Shown here one piece after another: positions 37,910 through 47,426 of a stretch of 57,173 bases of DNA. The DNA is from a virus (taxonomy: Duplodnaviria; Caudoviricetes): the IMG/VR virus record IMGVR_UViG_3300042879_000407, positions 1 through 57,173 of that record; one strand, written 5' to 3'. Position 1 is the stretch's first letter. Each line of letters opens with the position of its first letter. The notes beneath the pieces are model-generated. The model saw only the letters and a program-made list of their open reading frames with translations, was not told where the DNA came from and ran no database searches. The position numbers and the translations under genes were made by a program.

Positions 37910-37939
37910 CTCTTGGTTACTGGAAGTTCCGTTTATACG

Positions 37940-38170
37940 TCACTTCAACATCCGTGTCAAGCAATCGAACTTGGCAATTTCCAGTGTGGCGATAAGGTCA
38001 GTGGTGTCCCGCACCGTCGTTGAAAACCTGTGGTAGTCAGGCCCAATCCGTACAAGTGCGAATACCTCAATGACATTCTTATCACTCTTTACTAAGTTAT
38101 AGATTTCCTCGACAATCTCCAAGGATTCACTATTGCGTTTGTCGAACTCGACTTCTTTTACTGTGTTCAT
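37940..38170 (-). CDS. Hypothetical protein
   Basis: Coupled ORF. Confidence 0.6.
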   Translation of the reverse strand: MNTVKEVEFDKRNSESLEIVEEIYNLVKSDKNVIEVFALVRIGPDYHRFSTTVRDTTDLIATLEIAKFDCLTRMLK

Positions 38171-38460
38171 TTATGGTTCTTGATCTGCTTGATGTTGTGG
38201 TTGATGACCCATGCGTACAGCCCAGTGACTACTAGCCACAGCCACACAGGAATTTCGGTGTGGAAATACGCAAAGAAACAAATCATTGCGCCCTTGAACA
38301 CAACAAGCCCCGGCACTACGCCAACCAAGTCAAACACCGTCCTGAGTACGGGGTTAAGTTCAGTGCCTTTCATCCGCACTACTATCTGGTATGTCGTTAG
38401 CCCGTCTGCAATCTGCAGCAGTACGAACAAACTTAAGAACCCATATGTTATTTCATCCAT
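38167..38460 (-). CDS. Small membrane protein (DUF5658-like)
   Basis: ADGLTT...ELNP motif and three hydrophobic segments; start overlaps the polymerase stop. Confidence 0.65.
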   Translation of the reverse strand: MDEITYGFLSLFVLLQIADGLTTYQIVVRMKGTELNPVLRTVFDLVGVVPGLVVFKGAMICFFAYFHTEIPVWLWLVVTGLYAWVINHNIKQIKNHK

Positions 38461-40364
38461 CACGTATCTCCGTAGTTGTCTGCCTGCCCCGACTCGCAGG
38501 CTACTGGTAGGTCGGACGCCCACTTGGGCGGAGTAGACATCACATCAACCAAATACTTCTCGGCTACATCTGCATCCGCAGCGTCAACAACAATGATGAT
38601 TTCGTCGTGTACTTGGAATGCAACCTTGTACTTCTGTCCTGCCGTAGCCATCTGCTCACGTATAACCAAGGCGGCTAGTGCTTGAACAATATTCTCTACG
38701 ACCTTGCCCCCGTAGATTTTCGTCCACTCTATCTTTATGGCAGGGCCACCGCTGATCTTATTCTCTATGTACTTCTTGTATGTACGTGCGTCAGATATGT
38801 ATTCGAACCCGTTGCTGCTTGCACGTAAGGCTGTGTATCGAATCTTGAATCCGTTGGGCAGTACGATTCCGTCGTAGTCATAGTCTATAGACTTGTTAAT
38901 AGTTCCTGATCCGCCGTTCAAGATCCCTTGCAGGGCATAGCCACACCGCTGCCACAACTCCACAATTTTCCAGTTTTTTTGTCGGTACAATCTGACTATG
39001 CGCTCGGCTTCGCTTATATCTATCTTTACAGATATGCCGCCCTGTCCTATCTCAAGGGTGCGTCGGAACTTCTCTGCGCCCATGCCGTAACCCAGACCCA
39101 AGACGCAAGTCTTACCTACAAACCTCTCCACCTTGTCGGCCTTGGTGATGGTGCGACCGTAGACTTCAGTAGCAAACTCGGAGTACACATCCCGCTTCTG
39201 GCGGAAGGCTTCAACCAAATCATCCTGCCCCGCAAGCCACGCAACCATACGGGCTTCGATCTGACTGGAGTCACAAGCGATTATCTTGTGGTTGCTCGGC
39301 GCTCGCAGCGCCTGTCTGATCTTGTTATTCCCACGGGCAGGTAGATTCTGAAGGTTGATCTTATCCCCCCCACTAAAGCGGCCAGTGTGTGCGCCATAGT
39401 AGTTAAGCATGATCGGCAGTGCGCCACGCTCGGCTATCCCCATGAAGGCTTTAGTTCTGGTCTCTTCGATGGTGGACTTAGTACCCAGTCGTGCAGAAAC
39501 AGCCAACTGAACCCGCTCGTCAGGATGTTCCAACAAGTCAGTCATACCTTTGTCTGTCTTGCTAAACGCCCATGTTTGTTTGTTAGTGCGGGGACTTATC
39601 TTGGTCGGCGGCTCGACGCCATAAGATTTCAGAAGTTGTGCAAACTTATCGTTGCTCATCAGGATACCTAACGTATCCAGTGGGTCTTGGTATCCGATAC
39701 CACCTAACGCTGCCATTACAGTCTCGCCAAGGTTAAGCAAAAACGCATCCTTACGTTCCTTGACTTCGTTCATATGCTGCGCCAGCAGGGCTGTATCCAA
39801 TTGGATACAAGGTTCAGTGTACATCCGTATGGTCTGGTCGATGACCATGAGTTCGGAGACAGGGAATCCCTGCTTGAGTTTATTGAATAACTTGTAAGTT
39901 AACTCTACGTCATTGACACAGTATTGTCCGTAACGATCTAGTTCTTCTGTTGTGAAATCAGTGCGGCGTTTGCCTTCAGCATGGATAACTTCATCCCCTT
40001 TCCTACCAAGGTTGTAGTAAGCGGCAAGCGCAGCAAGTGAACCACCAACCATAGCACCATGCAGGGGCCGCGCCATACTCAGAGTGTCAAGCCAGAGTTT
40101 AGGTTTGATCCCGTACTTCCATGACAGGATTGCGCCATCGAATGCAGTGTTGTGGCAGAGAACCGCGCACTTGCTGAAATCCAAAGACTTAAGAAACCGC
40201 TCAGGGTCATGCCCACAGTACCAATCGGCATCGTAGTTGTTGTACTTAACGCCCACGCCAATGACTTGAAACAACGGGCTACGAATGTATGCTTCCGTCG
40301 TCATCTTCTTAAGGCTGTAGTCCTTGTCGTAATAAGTTTCGAAGTCTATGGTTATGATGTTCAT
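38460..40364 (-). CDS. polA: Family A DNA polymerase with 3'-5' exonuclease
   Basis: IDFETY, HNTAFD, HTGRFSG, DSSQIEAR, KTCVLGLGYG, VHDE; start corrected to MNII. Confidence 0.93.
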   Translation of the reverse strand: MNIITIDFETYYDKDYSLKKMTTEAYIRSPLFQVIGVGVKYNNYDADWYCGHDPERFLKSLDFSKCAVLCHNTAFDGAILSWKYGIKPKLWLDTLSMARPLHGAMVGGSLAALAAYYNLGRKGDEVIHAEGKRRTDFTTEELDRYGQYCVNDVELTYKLFNKLKQGFPVSELMVIDQTIRMYTEPCIQLDTALLAQHMNEVKERKDAFLLNLGETVMAALGGIGYQDPLDTLGILMSNDKFAQLLKSYGVEPPTKISPRTNKQTWAFSKTDKGMTDLLEHPDERVQLAVSARLGTKSTIEETRTKAFMGIAERGALPIMLNYYGAHTGRFSGGDKINLQNLPARGNNKIRQALRAPSNHKIIACDSSQIEARMVAWLAGQDDLVEAFRQKRDVYSEFATEVYGRTITKADKVERFVGKTCVLGLGYGMGAEKFRRTLEIGQGGISVKIDISEAERIVRLYRQKNWKIVELWQRCGYALQGILNGGSGTINKSIDYDYDGIVLPNGFKIRYTALRASSNGFEYISDARTYKKYIENKISGGPAIKIEWTKIYGGKVVENIVQALAALVIREQMATAGQKYKVAFQVHDEIIIVVDAADADVAEKYLVDVMSTPPKWASDLPVACESGQADNYGDT

Positions 40365-40365
40365 C

Positions 40366-40557
40366 TTATCCTTCACGGTGCAGCCACTCGCGTTCTGATA
40401 TAAACACTTCAAGCGTCTTACGTTCTTCAATCAACGCTTCCATTAAATCCGCTGCCTCGCAGAGACACTCCACAAGTCCTGCCTTGGGTTCATACTTGGC
40501 CCACCCGCGCATCTCTTTGATGATAGTCTCTGCTTTAATATTAAGTTGCTGATTCAT
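40366..40557 (-). CDS. Hypothetical protein
   Basis: Packed early ORF. Confidence 0.55.
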   Translation of the reverse strand: MNQQLNIKAETIIKEMRGWAKYEPKAGLVECLCEAADLMEALIEERKTLEVFISEREWLHREG

Positions 40558-40562
40558 TTGCT

Positions 40563-40743
40563 TTACCTTTGTATGCTGAGTACCACTAGCCCAATGACGA
40601 ATGCCAACAACGGCAAGATAACGTAAAGAACAATACCTATCCTATCGAATACCCAAGGACGCTCTGCGTCGTATGACCAAGCCCAAACAAAGTAACCTAT
40701 GAAATAGGCAAGACCAAGGGCTGCGATAAGGGATCGGGTCATT
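40563..40743 (-). CDS. Small two-TM membrane protein (start approximate)
   Basis: SD AGGAG before MTRS; two hydrophobic helices. Confidence 0.55.
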
Positions 40744-40755
40744 TGCTTTCTCCTG

Positions 40756-40959
40756 TTAAGAACCAATCCCAACATCGCCAGTCTCGGGGTCAATTCGGAT
40801 TTTATGTTTGCCGTCGTGGCCGTAGTATTCGATGGGGTTTTGTTCCAACGCAGCGCGTAGGGCGACAGTTACAGCCCAATCCTCTGGGTACATGTCCATC
40901 TGCCCGATTGACTCCAAAACCTTTAGCGCATCCTCGGCGGCTTTGCGTAGGTCGATCAT
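40756..40959 (-). CDS. Hypothetical protein
   Basis: Coupled ORF. Confidence 0.55.
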   Translation of the reverse strand: MIDLRKAAEDALKVLESIGQMDMYPEDWAVTVALRAALEQNPIEYYGHDGKHKIRIDPETGDVGIGS

Positions 40960-41282
40960 GTCATGCTCCTCCCAATCTCCGCAGCGGCACGGACAATGGC
41001 TCGGCGGGTGGCGACGAGTGGGTCTAATTCCTTCATCTGGGCCACACCAACTTCGGTAGGAAACTCACGTTCCGCAACAACCATTGATTCACTCTGTCTT
41101 AAATCAAGCCTCAACGTCACCGCCAATCGCAGCGCGGTGCCGTCGTCAGTGAGGGGATTCCATCGTGGCAGCAGCCTATGCCTGCCGTTTTCGGTAATGC
41201 TGATACCGCAATCTAAACGATCTGCGCCACGCTCAATCCCCGCCGCCTTCGCAGCGAGTTCAAGCAATTCGCGGTCGGTCAT
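40956..41282 (-). CDS. Conserved phage hypothetical protein
   Basis: MTDRELLELAAKAAG...WNPLTDDG.ALRLAV...RRAIVRAAAEIG. Confidence 0.7.
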   Translation of the reverse strand: MTDRELLELAAKAAGIERGADRLDCGISITENGRHRLLPRWNPLTDDGTALRLAVTLRLDLRQSESMVVAEREFPTEVGVAQMKELDPLVATRRAIVRAAAEIGRSMT

Positions 41283-41500
41283 GGCTTGCACTCCCGTATC
41301 ATCTGGTCAATCGCTTCGCGCACCCTGTCCCATTCATAGATATCGATTTTGATTTCTGCCTGCCCACCTCCAGTCTGCTTTACCAGCACGAACTCACCGC
41401 CTCCCTCGTCCGTGATCTCCACTTGCGTGGCGGACTCATCGAAGATCGGCTTGTCGTCTGCGACGACCGTTAATTGCGTTACGCGGATTCTCATGTCCAT
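41279..41500 (-). CDS. Hypothetical protein
   Basis: Coupled ORF. Confidence 0.55.
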   Translation of the reverse strand: MDMRIRVTQLTVVADDKPIFDESATQVEITDEGGGEFVLVKQTGGGQAEIKIDIYEWDRVREAIDQMIRECKP

Positions 41501-41724
41501 CCCTCCGCTTTGGCGATGGCTGCGCGGATGATTTCCCGGATCTGCGCGGGGGTGGCAAATGGCAACTGCAACGCAATCTCAATTGCCACCAATGTCCCCA
41601 ACAGTTCCGCGTTCACCTCATGCAACCGGCGCAGTTCGGCGGCGGCTTTGCGCTCAAGGGGCAGAACAATGCGGCAATCCTCCAGTTCATCAGCCAGTCG
41701 CAGGGATTCGGGTTGTTCAGTCAT
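41491..41724 (-). CDS. Hypothetical protein
   Basis: QPESLRLAD...AAELRRLH...RAAIAKAEG. Confidence 0.6.
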   Translation of the reverse strand: MTEQPESLRLADELEDCRIVLPLERKAAAELRRLHEVNAELLGTLVAIEIALQLPFATPAQIREIIRAAIAKAEGWT

Positions 41725-41909
41725 GGCTCTTGCACCCATCGCGCATCTTGCGCTCTCAGTTGTTTGACTTCTTCTTCCAGTTCTTCAATACGACCCACGT
41801 ACCACCTGATTCGCTCACGCATCTCACGGATTTCTTGCTGATATTCAGATATGGTGTGGGACATACGATCCCACTCACGATCCCAATCATCTTCTTCGTG
41901 GACTACCAT
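41721..41909 (-). CDS. Acidic coiled-coil hypothetical protein
   Basis: SD GGAGG; coupled. Confidence 0.55.
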   Translation of the reverse strand: MVVHEEDDWDREWDRMSHTISEYQQEIREMRERIRWYVGRIEELEEEVKQLRAQDARWVQEP

Positions 41910-42016
41910 ACATCCCTCCCGCTACGCTTACATGCCCAGTTAGGTGGTGGAACTCTGCGCCATTCGTGGCTCCGCGCTCGGCGTACTCGCCGGAAGATAT
42001 CCATTAACCACTTCAT
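41903..42016 (-). CDS. 37-aa basic peptide (not in ORF track)
   Basis: MKWLMDIFRRVRRARSHEWRRVPPPNWACKRSGRDVW; overlaps both neighbours. Confidence 0.5.
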   Translation of the reverse strand: MKWLMDIFRRVRRARSHEWRRVPPPNWACKRSGRDVW

Positions 42017-42258
42017 GCGCGTTCCCTCGCGGCAATCTCACGGTCAAGATACCAACGTGCCTTCTTCAAGTCCTTGATCGGGTCAGAGTCCTTCTTCCCA
42101 CAACGGCTCACGTACTTGATGACATTACCCAGTCGGTAGTTCAAGTCCTTCGCTTCGATGAAGTCGATAGTCTCAATGCCACCGGCAGTGTAGTGTGCAG
42201 GGTTGTTAATCATCTCTGGTTCGCCGTCGCCTTCAACTTCCCAAATCTTATTCGGCAT
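42013..42258 (-). CDS. DUF3310 (SaV-like) protein
   Basis: NNPAHY..GGIETID...GNVIKYVSR...DLKKARWYL. Confidence 0.85.
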   Translation of the reverse strand: MPNKIWEVEGDGEPEMINNPAHYTAGGIETIDFIEAKDLNYRLGNVIKYVSRCGKKDSDPIKDLKKARWYLDREIAARERA

Positions 42259-43063
42259 TTGCTTCTCCAGATTTTTCAAACACACCAAAGGATCTACGCA
42301 AATCAACACTATTATTATTAAGATACCTATACACAGCAGACTCAATGTCTTTGGAAGTTGCTGATCTACGCCACCACGGGCTTACAATGTATATATAAAT
42401 ATCTTTAATAAGATCAACCGTAACATGCTCATCGTTGATGGAGTCTTTGACCCGCGAAAACAAAACCGTACTAGAAGTAAGATGAGAAGTGTTTCCCCTA
42501 ACTTCAGCAGCAACAGGTTCAAAAGCACCCAACTTCTGTCGAATACTGACAGCCCGTTTGAACGCCTTAAGTTTACGCAACCATACCAGACGCGCATCCG
42601 TATTGATAGTCGGCTTCCCTATGTACTTAGGGTTAAGACACTTGCCTTCTTCCAAAGAAAAACTAATCCCTTGGTAGAACTCACTGGCTCTAGCCTTAAG
42701 CATTGACCTCCACGATTCGTCATCTTTACCCGCCCTGCGCTGTTCTTGTAACTCACGCAGATTCTTCCTGTCTATGATTAAGTACCGCCCCTTGGCAATG
42801 CGTAACCAGTAGAATGGAATTATACGATCTAACATGATAGACAGACACGCACCTTTAGAGTGAGCCTGTTCAGCAGACAATGTAAAAGTAACTTTATTAT
42901 CAGGAGTTATCTCAAAGACAGTTACTCCATGAACCTGAACGTAGAAATTACCGTCAGACCTATTAAACAACCTTATGTTAGTTGCTAGTGGCTTACCTCT
43001 GTCCGGAAAGCGACAAGATGAAAACCGTCGTTGGGCGTCTTTGTAAAAATATATTTTAGGCAT
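42248..43063 (-). CDS. Hypothetical basic protein (AT-richer)
   Basis: 271-aa coupled ORF. Confidence 0.65.
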   Translation of the reverse strand: MPKIYFYKDAQRRFSSCRFPDRGKPLATNIRLFNRSDGNFYVQVHGVTVFEITPDNKVTFTLSAEQAHSKGACLSIMLDRIIPFYWLRIAKGRYLIIDRKNLRELQEQRRAGKDDESWRSMLKARASEFYQGISFSLEEGKCLNPKYIGKPTINTDARLVWLRKLKAFKRAVSIRQKLGAFEPVAAEVRGNTSHLTSSTVLFSRVKDSINDEHVTVDLIKDIYIYIVSPWWRRSATSKDIESAVYRYLNNNSVDLRRSFGVFEKSGEANAE

Positions 43064-43215
43064 CAGTCTCTCCTAAAGAATTCACGCATTAGATCTTCAA
43101 GTTCAAGTTCCATTTGCTTGAACCTGTCACCATGTAACTCGGTTTCGAGTTCTTCCTTCAATCTGAGTTCTTGTTGTCGTTGCTCATGCAACGCTGCGCT
43201 ATCGTCGTCCTCCAT
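43063..43215 (-). CDS. 50-aa acidic helical protein (not in ORF track)
   Basis: MEDDDSAALHEQRQQELRLKEELE...FFRRD; fills the gap exactly. Confidence 0.55.
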   Translation of the reverse strand: MEDDDSAALHEQRQQELRLKEELETELHGDRFKQMELELEDLMREFFRRD

Positions 43216-43217
43216 AA

Positions 43218-43859
43218 TTACTTAACCAGTTTTGCCACGACAGTCATGGCAGTCATGCGGTTTAGCATCTCCGGGTCAATGCTCGGAGCAGGCGGCTTCT
43301 CTTGCTTGGCCGGTACTTTCAAGTGCCGCTGCTTGGCATCTTCTGGTACGTAATCCCACAGTGGTGGCCATGCTTTCAGTGCGCTGCTCAGTGTGCTATG
43401 TGCAGCCAAAAGTGTCATCAGAAAATTACGAAGTTCGTTAGAGTCGTTGTTCAGTTTAGTTAACTGAGTCTCAACCCTGCTGATCTCATCGTATATCTCT
43501 TGCTCCTCCGGAGTTGAAGGGGGAGTAGTGATCTTGTAGGAAAGCATATTGCACCGATACCCGCTATCAATACCGGGCAGTTTAGTTTTATCGGGGAACG
43601 GACGTTCTCTTGTCAAACGAAAGTCACGGTTAACACCGATACCACAGAAGGACACAATCGAAATACTTCCACTAGTCTCAAAGAACCCAGCAGGCAGCGT
43701 CTGCAATTCCGGATACTTGGAGTACAACAAGTGATAGAACTTGTCACCAATGTCAGGTGAGTAGGAACTTATAACTTTGGTTCGCCTGTCTTCAAAAATC
43801 CTTCTGCCATTACTGCAGATTTCATCTCTGAGAGAATCACTTATACGTACAACAGCCAT
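43218..43859 (-). CDS. Nmad5-like (nucleotide-modification-associated domain 5) protein
   Basis: MAVVRIS...TLSSALKAWPPLWDYVPE; SD GGAGG. Confidence 0.6.
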   Translation of the reverse strand: MAVVRISDSLRDEICSNGRRIFEDRRTKVISSYSPDIGDKFYHLLYSKYPELQTLPAGFFETSGSISIVSFCGIGVNRDFRLTRERPFPDKTKLPGIDSGYRCNMLSYKITTPPSTPEEQEIYDEISRVETQLTKLNNDSNELRNFLMTLLAAHSTLSSALKAWPPLWDYVPEDAKQRHLKVPAKQEKPPAPSIDPEMLNRMTAMTVVAKLVK

Positions 43860-43879
43860 AGTAGTTACCTCCGTAACAG

Positions 43880-45052
43880 TTACATCAACACTACTTCGCC
43901 AAAGGGAGCAGTACCTTTTTCCGTACTTACCCACAGCACCGGATAGTCCGGTGCATTACCAAAGTCATCGCAGCACAGGTCGGTTAGGAACACGCAAGCA
44001 ACAGGATTGATGTTGTTCTCCTGCATATACTTGAAGCACGGGCTGAACGCCGTACCACCACCGCCGCGAGGATTGAACTTGAACTCATCGTCACGCCCGA
44101 ATGAATCGTAGCCACATACATCATGGCTAAAGAAGATTATGTGCATCTTCGATGGGGCGCAGTCCTCAAACACGGTTCGCATTTCAGCAGCAAATTGATT
44201 CGCAGTATCCTGTCCAATTGAACCGGACATATCCACGCAGAAGGCAATCTCGCCCATCGTCTCGCCGCTGATCGTAGGCAGATAGATACCCTGCTGCACA
44301 AACCTACGGTTCGGTCGTGCGAAACTACGCTCATCGTTCTTAGCCTTCTCGACAAAGCGGTGCAGCACATCACGCCAGTTGACTTTAGGTTGTAGCACCT
44401 GATCGACAAGCCGCTGCATATTGACAGACAACTTGCCCATCATCTTGGCCGCTTGCGCTGCCTGTGCAACCTTGACTTTCCATTCAGCACGTTCCTGCTC
44501 ACGCTCAGCAGGCGAGCCATTGCCATCTTCCAGATCACCATCGAAGGGATCATCACCACCGCCACCGTCATCGGGTAGATCAGGCAGAATGTTGTAGATG
44601 CCGTCGCTGCTACCGCCGCCCGCGTCATAGGTAGCCTTATTCAACAGCCCACCTTCTGGCATCTTGCCGATCTTCTCATCGGTAAGTAATTGGTTGATGA
44701 CGTAATCGCCTGCCTGATTCCACTTGCGTGGGTCACGCTCACCGCGCCGATAGTTATGCTCCAACATGGGATGGAAGCACTCATGCGCTACAAGGAACTT
44801 GACTTCCTCATCGGTGAGTTTCTCCACAAAGTCCGGATTAAACTTAATGCACTTGCCATTGGTCGCTGCAGTCGGCACATCGGTCGTAATGTGATAGGGC
44901 AAATTCAATGCGACCGTACCCACAAACGGATGCTCCAAAACCAGTGAGGTCTTGGCTTTGGCCAACTTGGTGCGAAGTTTCTTCTCACGATCTGGGGTAA
45001 GCGGAGCAGGGGTTACCTGCTCCTTTCGTCGTGGCATTACGCTAGTCATCAC
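43880..45052 (-). CDS. DUF2201-like metallopeptidase plus vWA domain protein
   Basis: TAATNG, AHECFH, DMSGS MIDAS, GGGGTAF, LTD. Confidence 0.85.
   Translation of the reverse strand: MMTSVMPRRKEQVTPAPLTPDREKKLRTKLAKAKTSLVLEHPFVGTVALNLPYHITTDVPTAATNGKCIKFNPDFVEKLTDEEVKFLVAHECFHPMLEHNYRRGERDPRKWNQAGDYVINQLLTDEKIGKMPEGGLLNKATYDAGGGSSDGIYNILPDLPDDGGGGDDPFDGDLEDGNGSPAEREQERAEWKVKVAQAAQAAKMMGKLSVNMQRLVDQVLQPKVNWRDVLHRFVEKAKNDERSFARPNRRFVQQGIYLPTISGETMGEIAFCVDMSGSIGQDTANQFAAEMRTVFEDCAPSKMHIIFFSHDVCGYDSFGRDDEFKFNPRGGGGTAFSPCFKYMQENNINPVACVFLTDLCCDDFGNAPDYPVLWVSTEKGTAPFGEVVLM
45003..45023 (-). promoter_or_regulatory. Hairpin with AGG-TAACC-CCT head, copy 2 (inside CDS)
   Basis: GGAGCAGG-TAACC-CCTGCTCC. 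Confidence 0.65.
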
Positions 45053-45897
45053 ATACCTCCCATAAGAGCGGACATTTTGTCCATGATTGCCTTGGCTTCA
45101 GCCGCCGTGTCACGCCGCATCTCCGGATGCAGTCGCAGAATCTCAGGATGCTTCAACAACTTGGATGAAATCTCCTGCCGCATTGTTTCCAGTTGCGGGT
45201 CATCAGCAAAATTCAATCGCGGAAGCAAGTCACACAACTCCCTTGCATTGTCGATCATGCTGTCGCGAAAGATTGCCTTGGGGTCAGCACACTTCTCGTG
45301 GATATGCTTGACCTTCTCATAGACCCGATTCCACAAGTCCTTCATAGCCGTAGCCTGTGCGCTACGCACCCGCTGCTCAACATCCTGCTGAATGCGTACC
45401 AATTCATCGGCACCAATCTGCACTCGAAAGTCTGATGAAGGCACGGGCATGACCTGAATATCCATGTAGAACTTGCGTTCAATTTCATCCGCTGCAGGGT
45501 AGTCAGACTCGCAGTAGAGCGGCCCCAAGTCCTGCTTGGCCTTGGCTTTGAGCGTGGGGTAGTCATACGCAAACCTCGACACAAGCAACGTGCGCTCAGC
45601 CTTCTCCTTTCGGAAGGTGGTCATAAAGCCAAGGTAGTTGCTAGTCGGAAGCAGGAAGGTGCCTTCAATACCCCACGGCAAGGTGTTCTCATAGAACTTG
45701 TTACGCACAAGCCCATCCTTGCTGTGGATATCCTCGAGCAACGTGCAACCCGGAAGCAGGCATTTGTTATAACGCCCTGCGTTAGTGCTAACCCCGTTGC
45801 TACGGGCAACGTCCTGAGTTACCCGCTTATCCAACTTGCGGCCAGCCCACCCGCCTATGTTCAACTGGACTAGTAGTGCTTTGTCATTCAGATTCAC
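45049..45897 (-). CDS. Helical protein of the AAA-vWA module (DUF3150-like)
   Basis: GTG start with SD GAGGAG; YENTLPW, YP, FRDSM. Confidence 0.55.
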   Translation of the reverse strand: MNLNDKALLVQLNIGGWAGRKLDKRVTQDVARSNGVSTNAGRYNKCLLPGCTLLEDIHSKDGLVRNKFYENTLPWGIEGTFLLPTSNYLGFMTTFRKEKAERTLLVSRFAYDYPTLKAKAKQDLGPLYCESDYPAADEIERKFYMDIQVMPVPSSDFRVQIGADELVRIQQDVEQRVRSAQATAMKDLWNRVYEKVKHIHEKCADPKAIFRDSMIDNARELCDLLPRLNFADDPQLETMRQEISSKLLKHPEILRLHPEMRRDTAAEAKAIMDKMSALMGGM

Positions 45898-45927
45898 AGT
45901 TAATACTCCTCTGTTATCGGTTATCGA

Positions 45928-46227
45928 TTACCGGAACTTCCGTTCGTTGTATTGCAGCAAGTCAAACGGATACCGCCGCTTGCCATCGTTCTCCCAGTGG
46001 ATGACCACCGTACCGGCATCAACCTTCCAACACCCATCGGAAGTGTGGTTGTCACGGGTGTAGTAGAAGGCACGCTTCATCACCTTGGTCTTGTCGGTCT
46101 CGCACGGCTCATCAAGCAACACGATCTTGCCCTTACCCATGTTGTTCATCGTAGCCACAACGGGCGTATCGAACTGGGCATGTGCCGTGGAACACAACAA
46201 CGCTGTCAACGCAATATACTTCTTCAT
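45928..46227 (-). CDS. Secreted / periplasmic protein
   Basis: Sec signal MKKYIALTALLCSTAHA; two Cys in the mature part. Confidence 0.7.
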   Translation of the reverse strand: MKKYIALTALLCSTAHAQFDTPVVATMNNMGKGKIVLLDEPCETDKTKVMKRAFYYTRDNHTSDGCWKVDAGTVVIHWENDGKRRYPFDLLQYNERKFR

Positions 46228-46239
46228 ACAGTTACTCCT

Positions 46240-47238
46240 TTAGAACAGAACATTCTGATGGTTGACTGCCCACTTGGTGAACGCTGCCGTATTGCACAGA
46301 TCAGCGTTGCGCCGCACCGCAGTTGACATGGCAAGGACGCTGAACTCCGGAGGCATACGCTCGAAATAGGTGCAGGCACGATCCAGATTGGATTCGGTAC
46401 ACCGCTGTGCAAGCGCACCCGTCAAGGCATACAGCGTGGCAGGGTCTGTCGGTACGTCAGCACCAGTCGGGTTGAGCATGATGCCATCGGGGTTGGGAAG
46501 TTTACGGAAGATACGCAAGAACCCAACGAACTCGGCGGCAGCACCCTCACCGACTGCACCCTTGAATGACTCAAACTCTGATTCACTTGGCACAACACCA
46601 AGCACATCGGACACACCCTCAACCCACGAACGCGGCGTAGGATTCTGGTCACGCTGTGCATCGAAGTCATGCAGCAGGCCCGGACGGAAACGGATAAACG
46701 AAATCACCTCGGGCTTTACGTCATGGCTAATGGCCCACGCAGTCCAGTCATCAAGGTGAGTCTCCAACTCATACACCGTCTCGCGGTTACGCAGATGGCT
46801 AAGCACCCGACCTGCACCTGCCCGATCAGACTGGCGATTGCCAGTGCCAACAACCATCCAACCATCGGCAATCAAAGCACCGTGCAAGTTACGCGCTTGG
46901 CAGATGTTGGCAATAACTTTCTGGATGTCAGCACCTGCTTGGTTACGATCGTCAAAGCACAAGATGCCACCCCGACCATCGTCATGCTTGCTGCCCTTGG
47001 CAGGAAACCAGTCGGGCAACTTGTACCCAAAGGACTGCGAGGAAGTCATCATGTCGGGAACACCGAAGTCCTCGACCAACATCGTAGGTACGTGCTTTTC
47101 GATGTACCCTACACCCAGATCCGTTGCGGACTCCTCGACGATGGTAGTCTTGCCACCACCCGGTGGGCCTTCGATGCAGACGGTACGATTGATGGGGAAT
47201 AAACTCTTGATCGTGTTTTTTAACAGTGTCGGACGCAT
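46240..47238 (-). CDS. MoxR-like AAA+ ATPase
   Basis: GPPGGGKT, CFDD, TGNR..DRAG, LRNR, PTPRSW. Confidence 0.85.
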   Translation of the reverse strand: MRPTLLKNTIKSLFPINRTVCIEGPPGGGKTTIVEESATDLGVGYIEKHVPTMLVEDFGVPDMMTSSQSFGYKLPDWFPAKGSKHDDGRGGILCFDDRNQAGADIQKVIANICQARNLHGALIADGWMVVGTGNRQSDRAGAGRVLSHLRNRETVYELETHLDDWTAWAISHDVKPEVISFIRFRPGLLHDFDAQRDQNPTPRSWVEGVSDVLGVVPSESEFESFKGAVGEGAAAEFVGFLRIFRKLPNPDGIMLNPTGADVPTDPATLYALTGALAQRCTESNLDRACTYFERMPPEFSVLAMSTAVRRNADLCNTAAFTKWAVNHQNVLF

Positions 47239-47239
47239 T

Positions 47240-47416
47240 TCACTTATCTCCATGCTTGTGTTTGTCGTGATCAGGGCCGTAGGACACTACGGTTCCACTC
47301 CGCTCATCCCTAGCAGCCTTGGCTGCAGGCTTACTCTCAAAGTACAGAGGCTCGTTACCCTCGCCCCTTACAATTGCTCCACCTTTGCCGTGCCGTAGCA
47401 CGAATAAACGCTTCAT
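47240..47416 (-). CDS. 58-aa protein heading the AAA module (not in ORF track)
   Basis: MKRLFVLRHG...YFESKPAAKAARD...VSYGPDH; SD GAGGAG. Confidence 0.75.
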   Translation of the reverse strand: MKRLFVLRHGKGGAIVRGEGNEPLYFESKPAAKAARDERSGTVVSYGPDHDKHKHGDK

Positions 47417-47426
47417 CAGTATCTCC

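Noticed and set aside
43063-43215. QMELEL as a clamp-binding motif, or the protein as a DNA mimic
   Set aside because: Single weak match within a probable helix; insufficient evidence
42013-43859. DNA hypermodification pathway suggested by Nmad5-like and DUF3310 genes
   Set aside because: No recognisable base-modifying enzymes (thymidylate synthase-like, glycosyltransferase, Que or PurZ) in the genome
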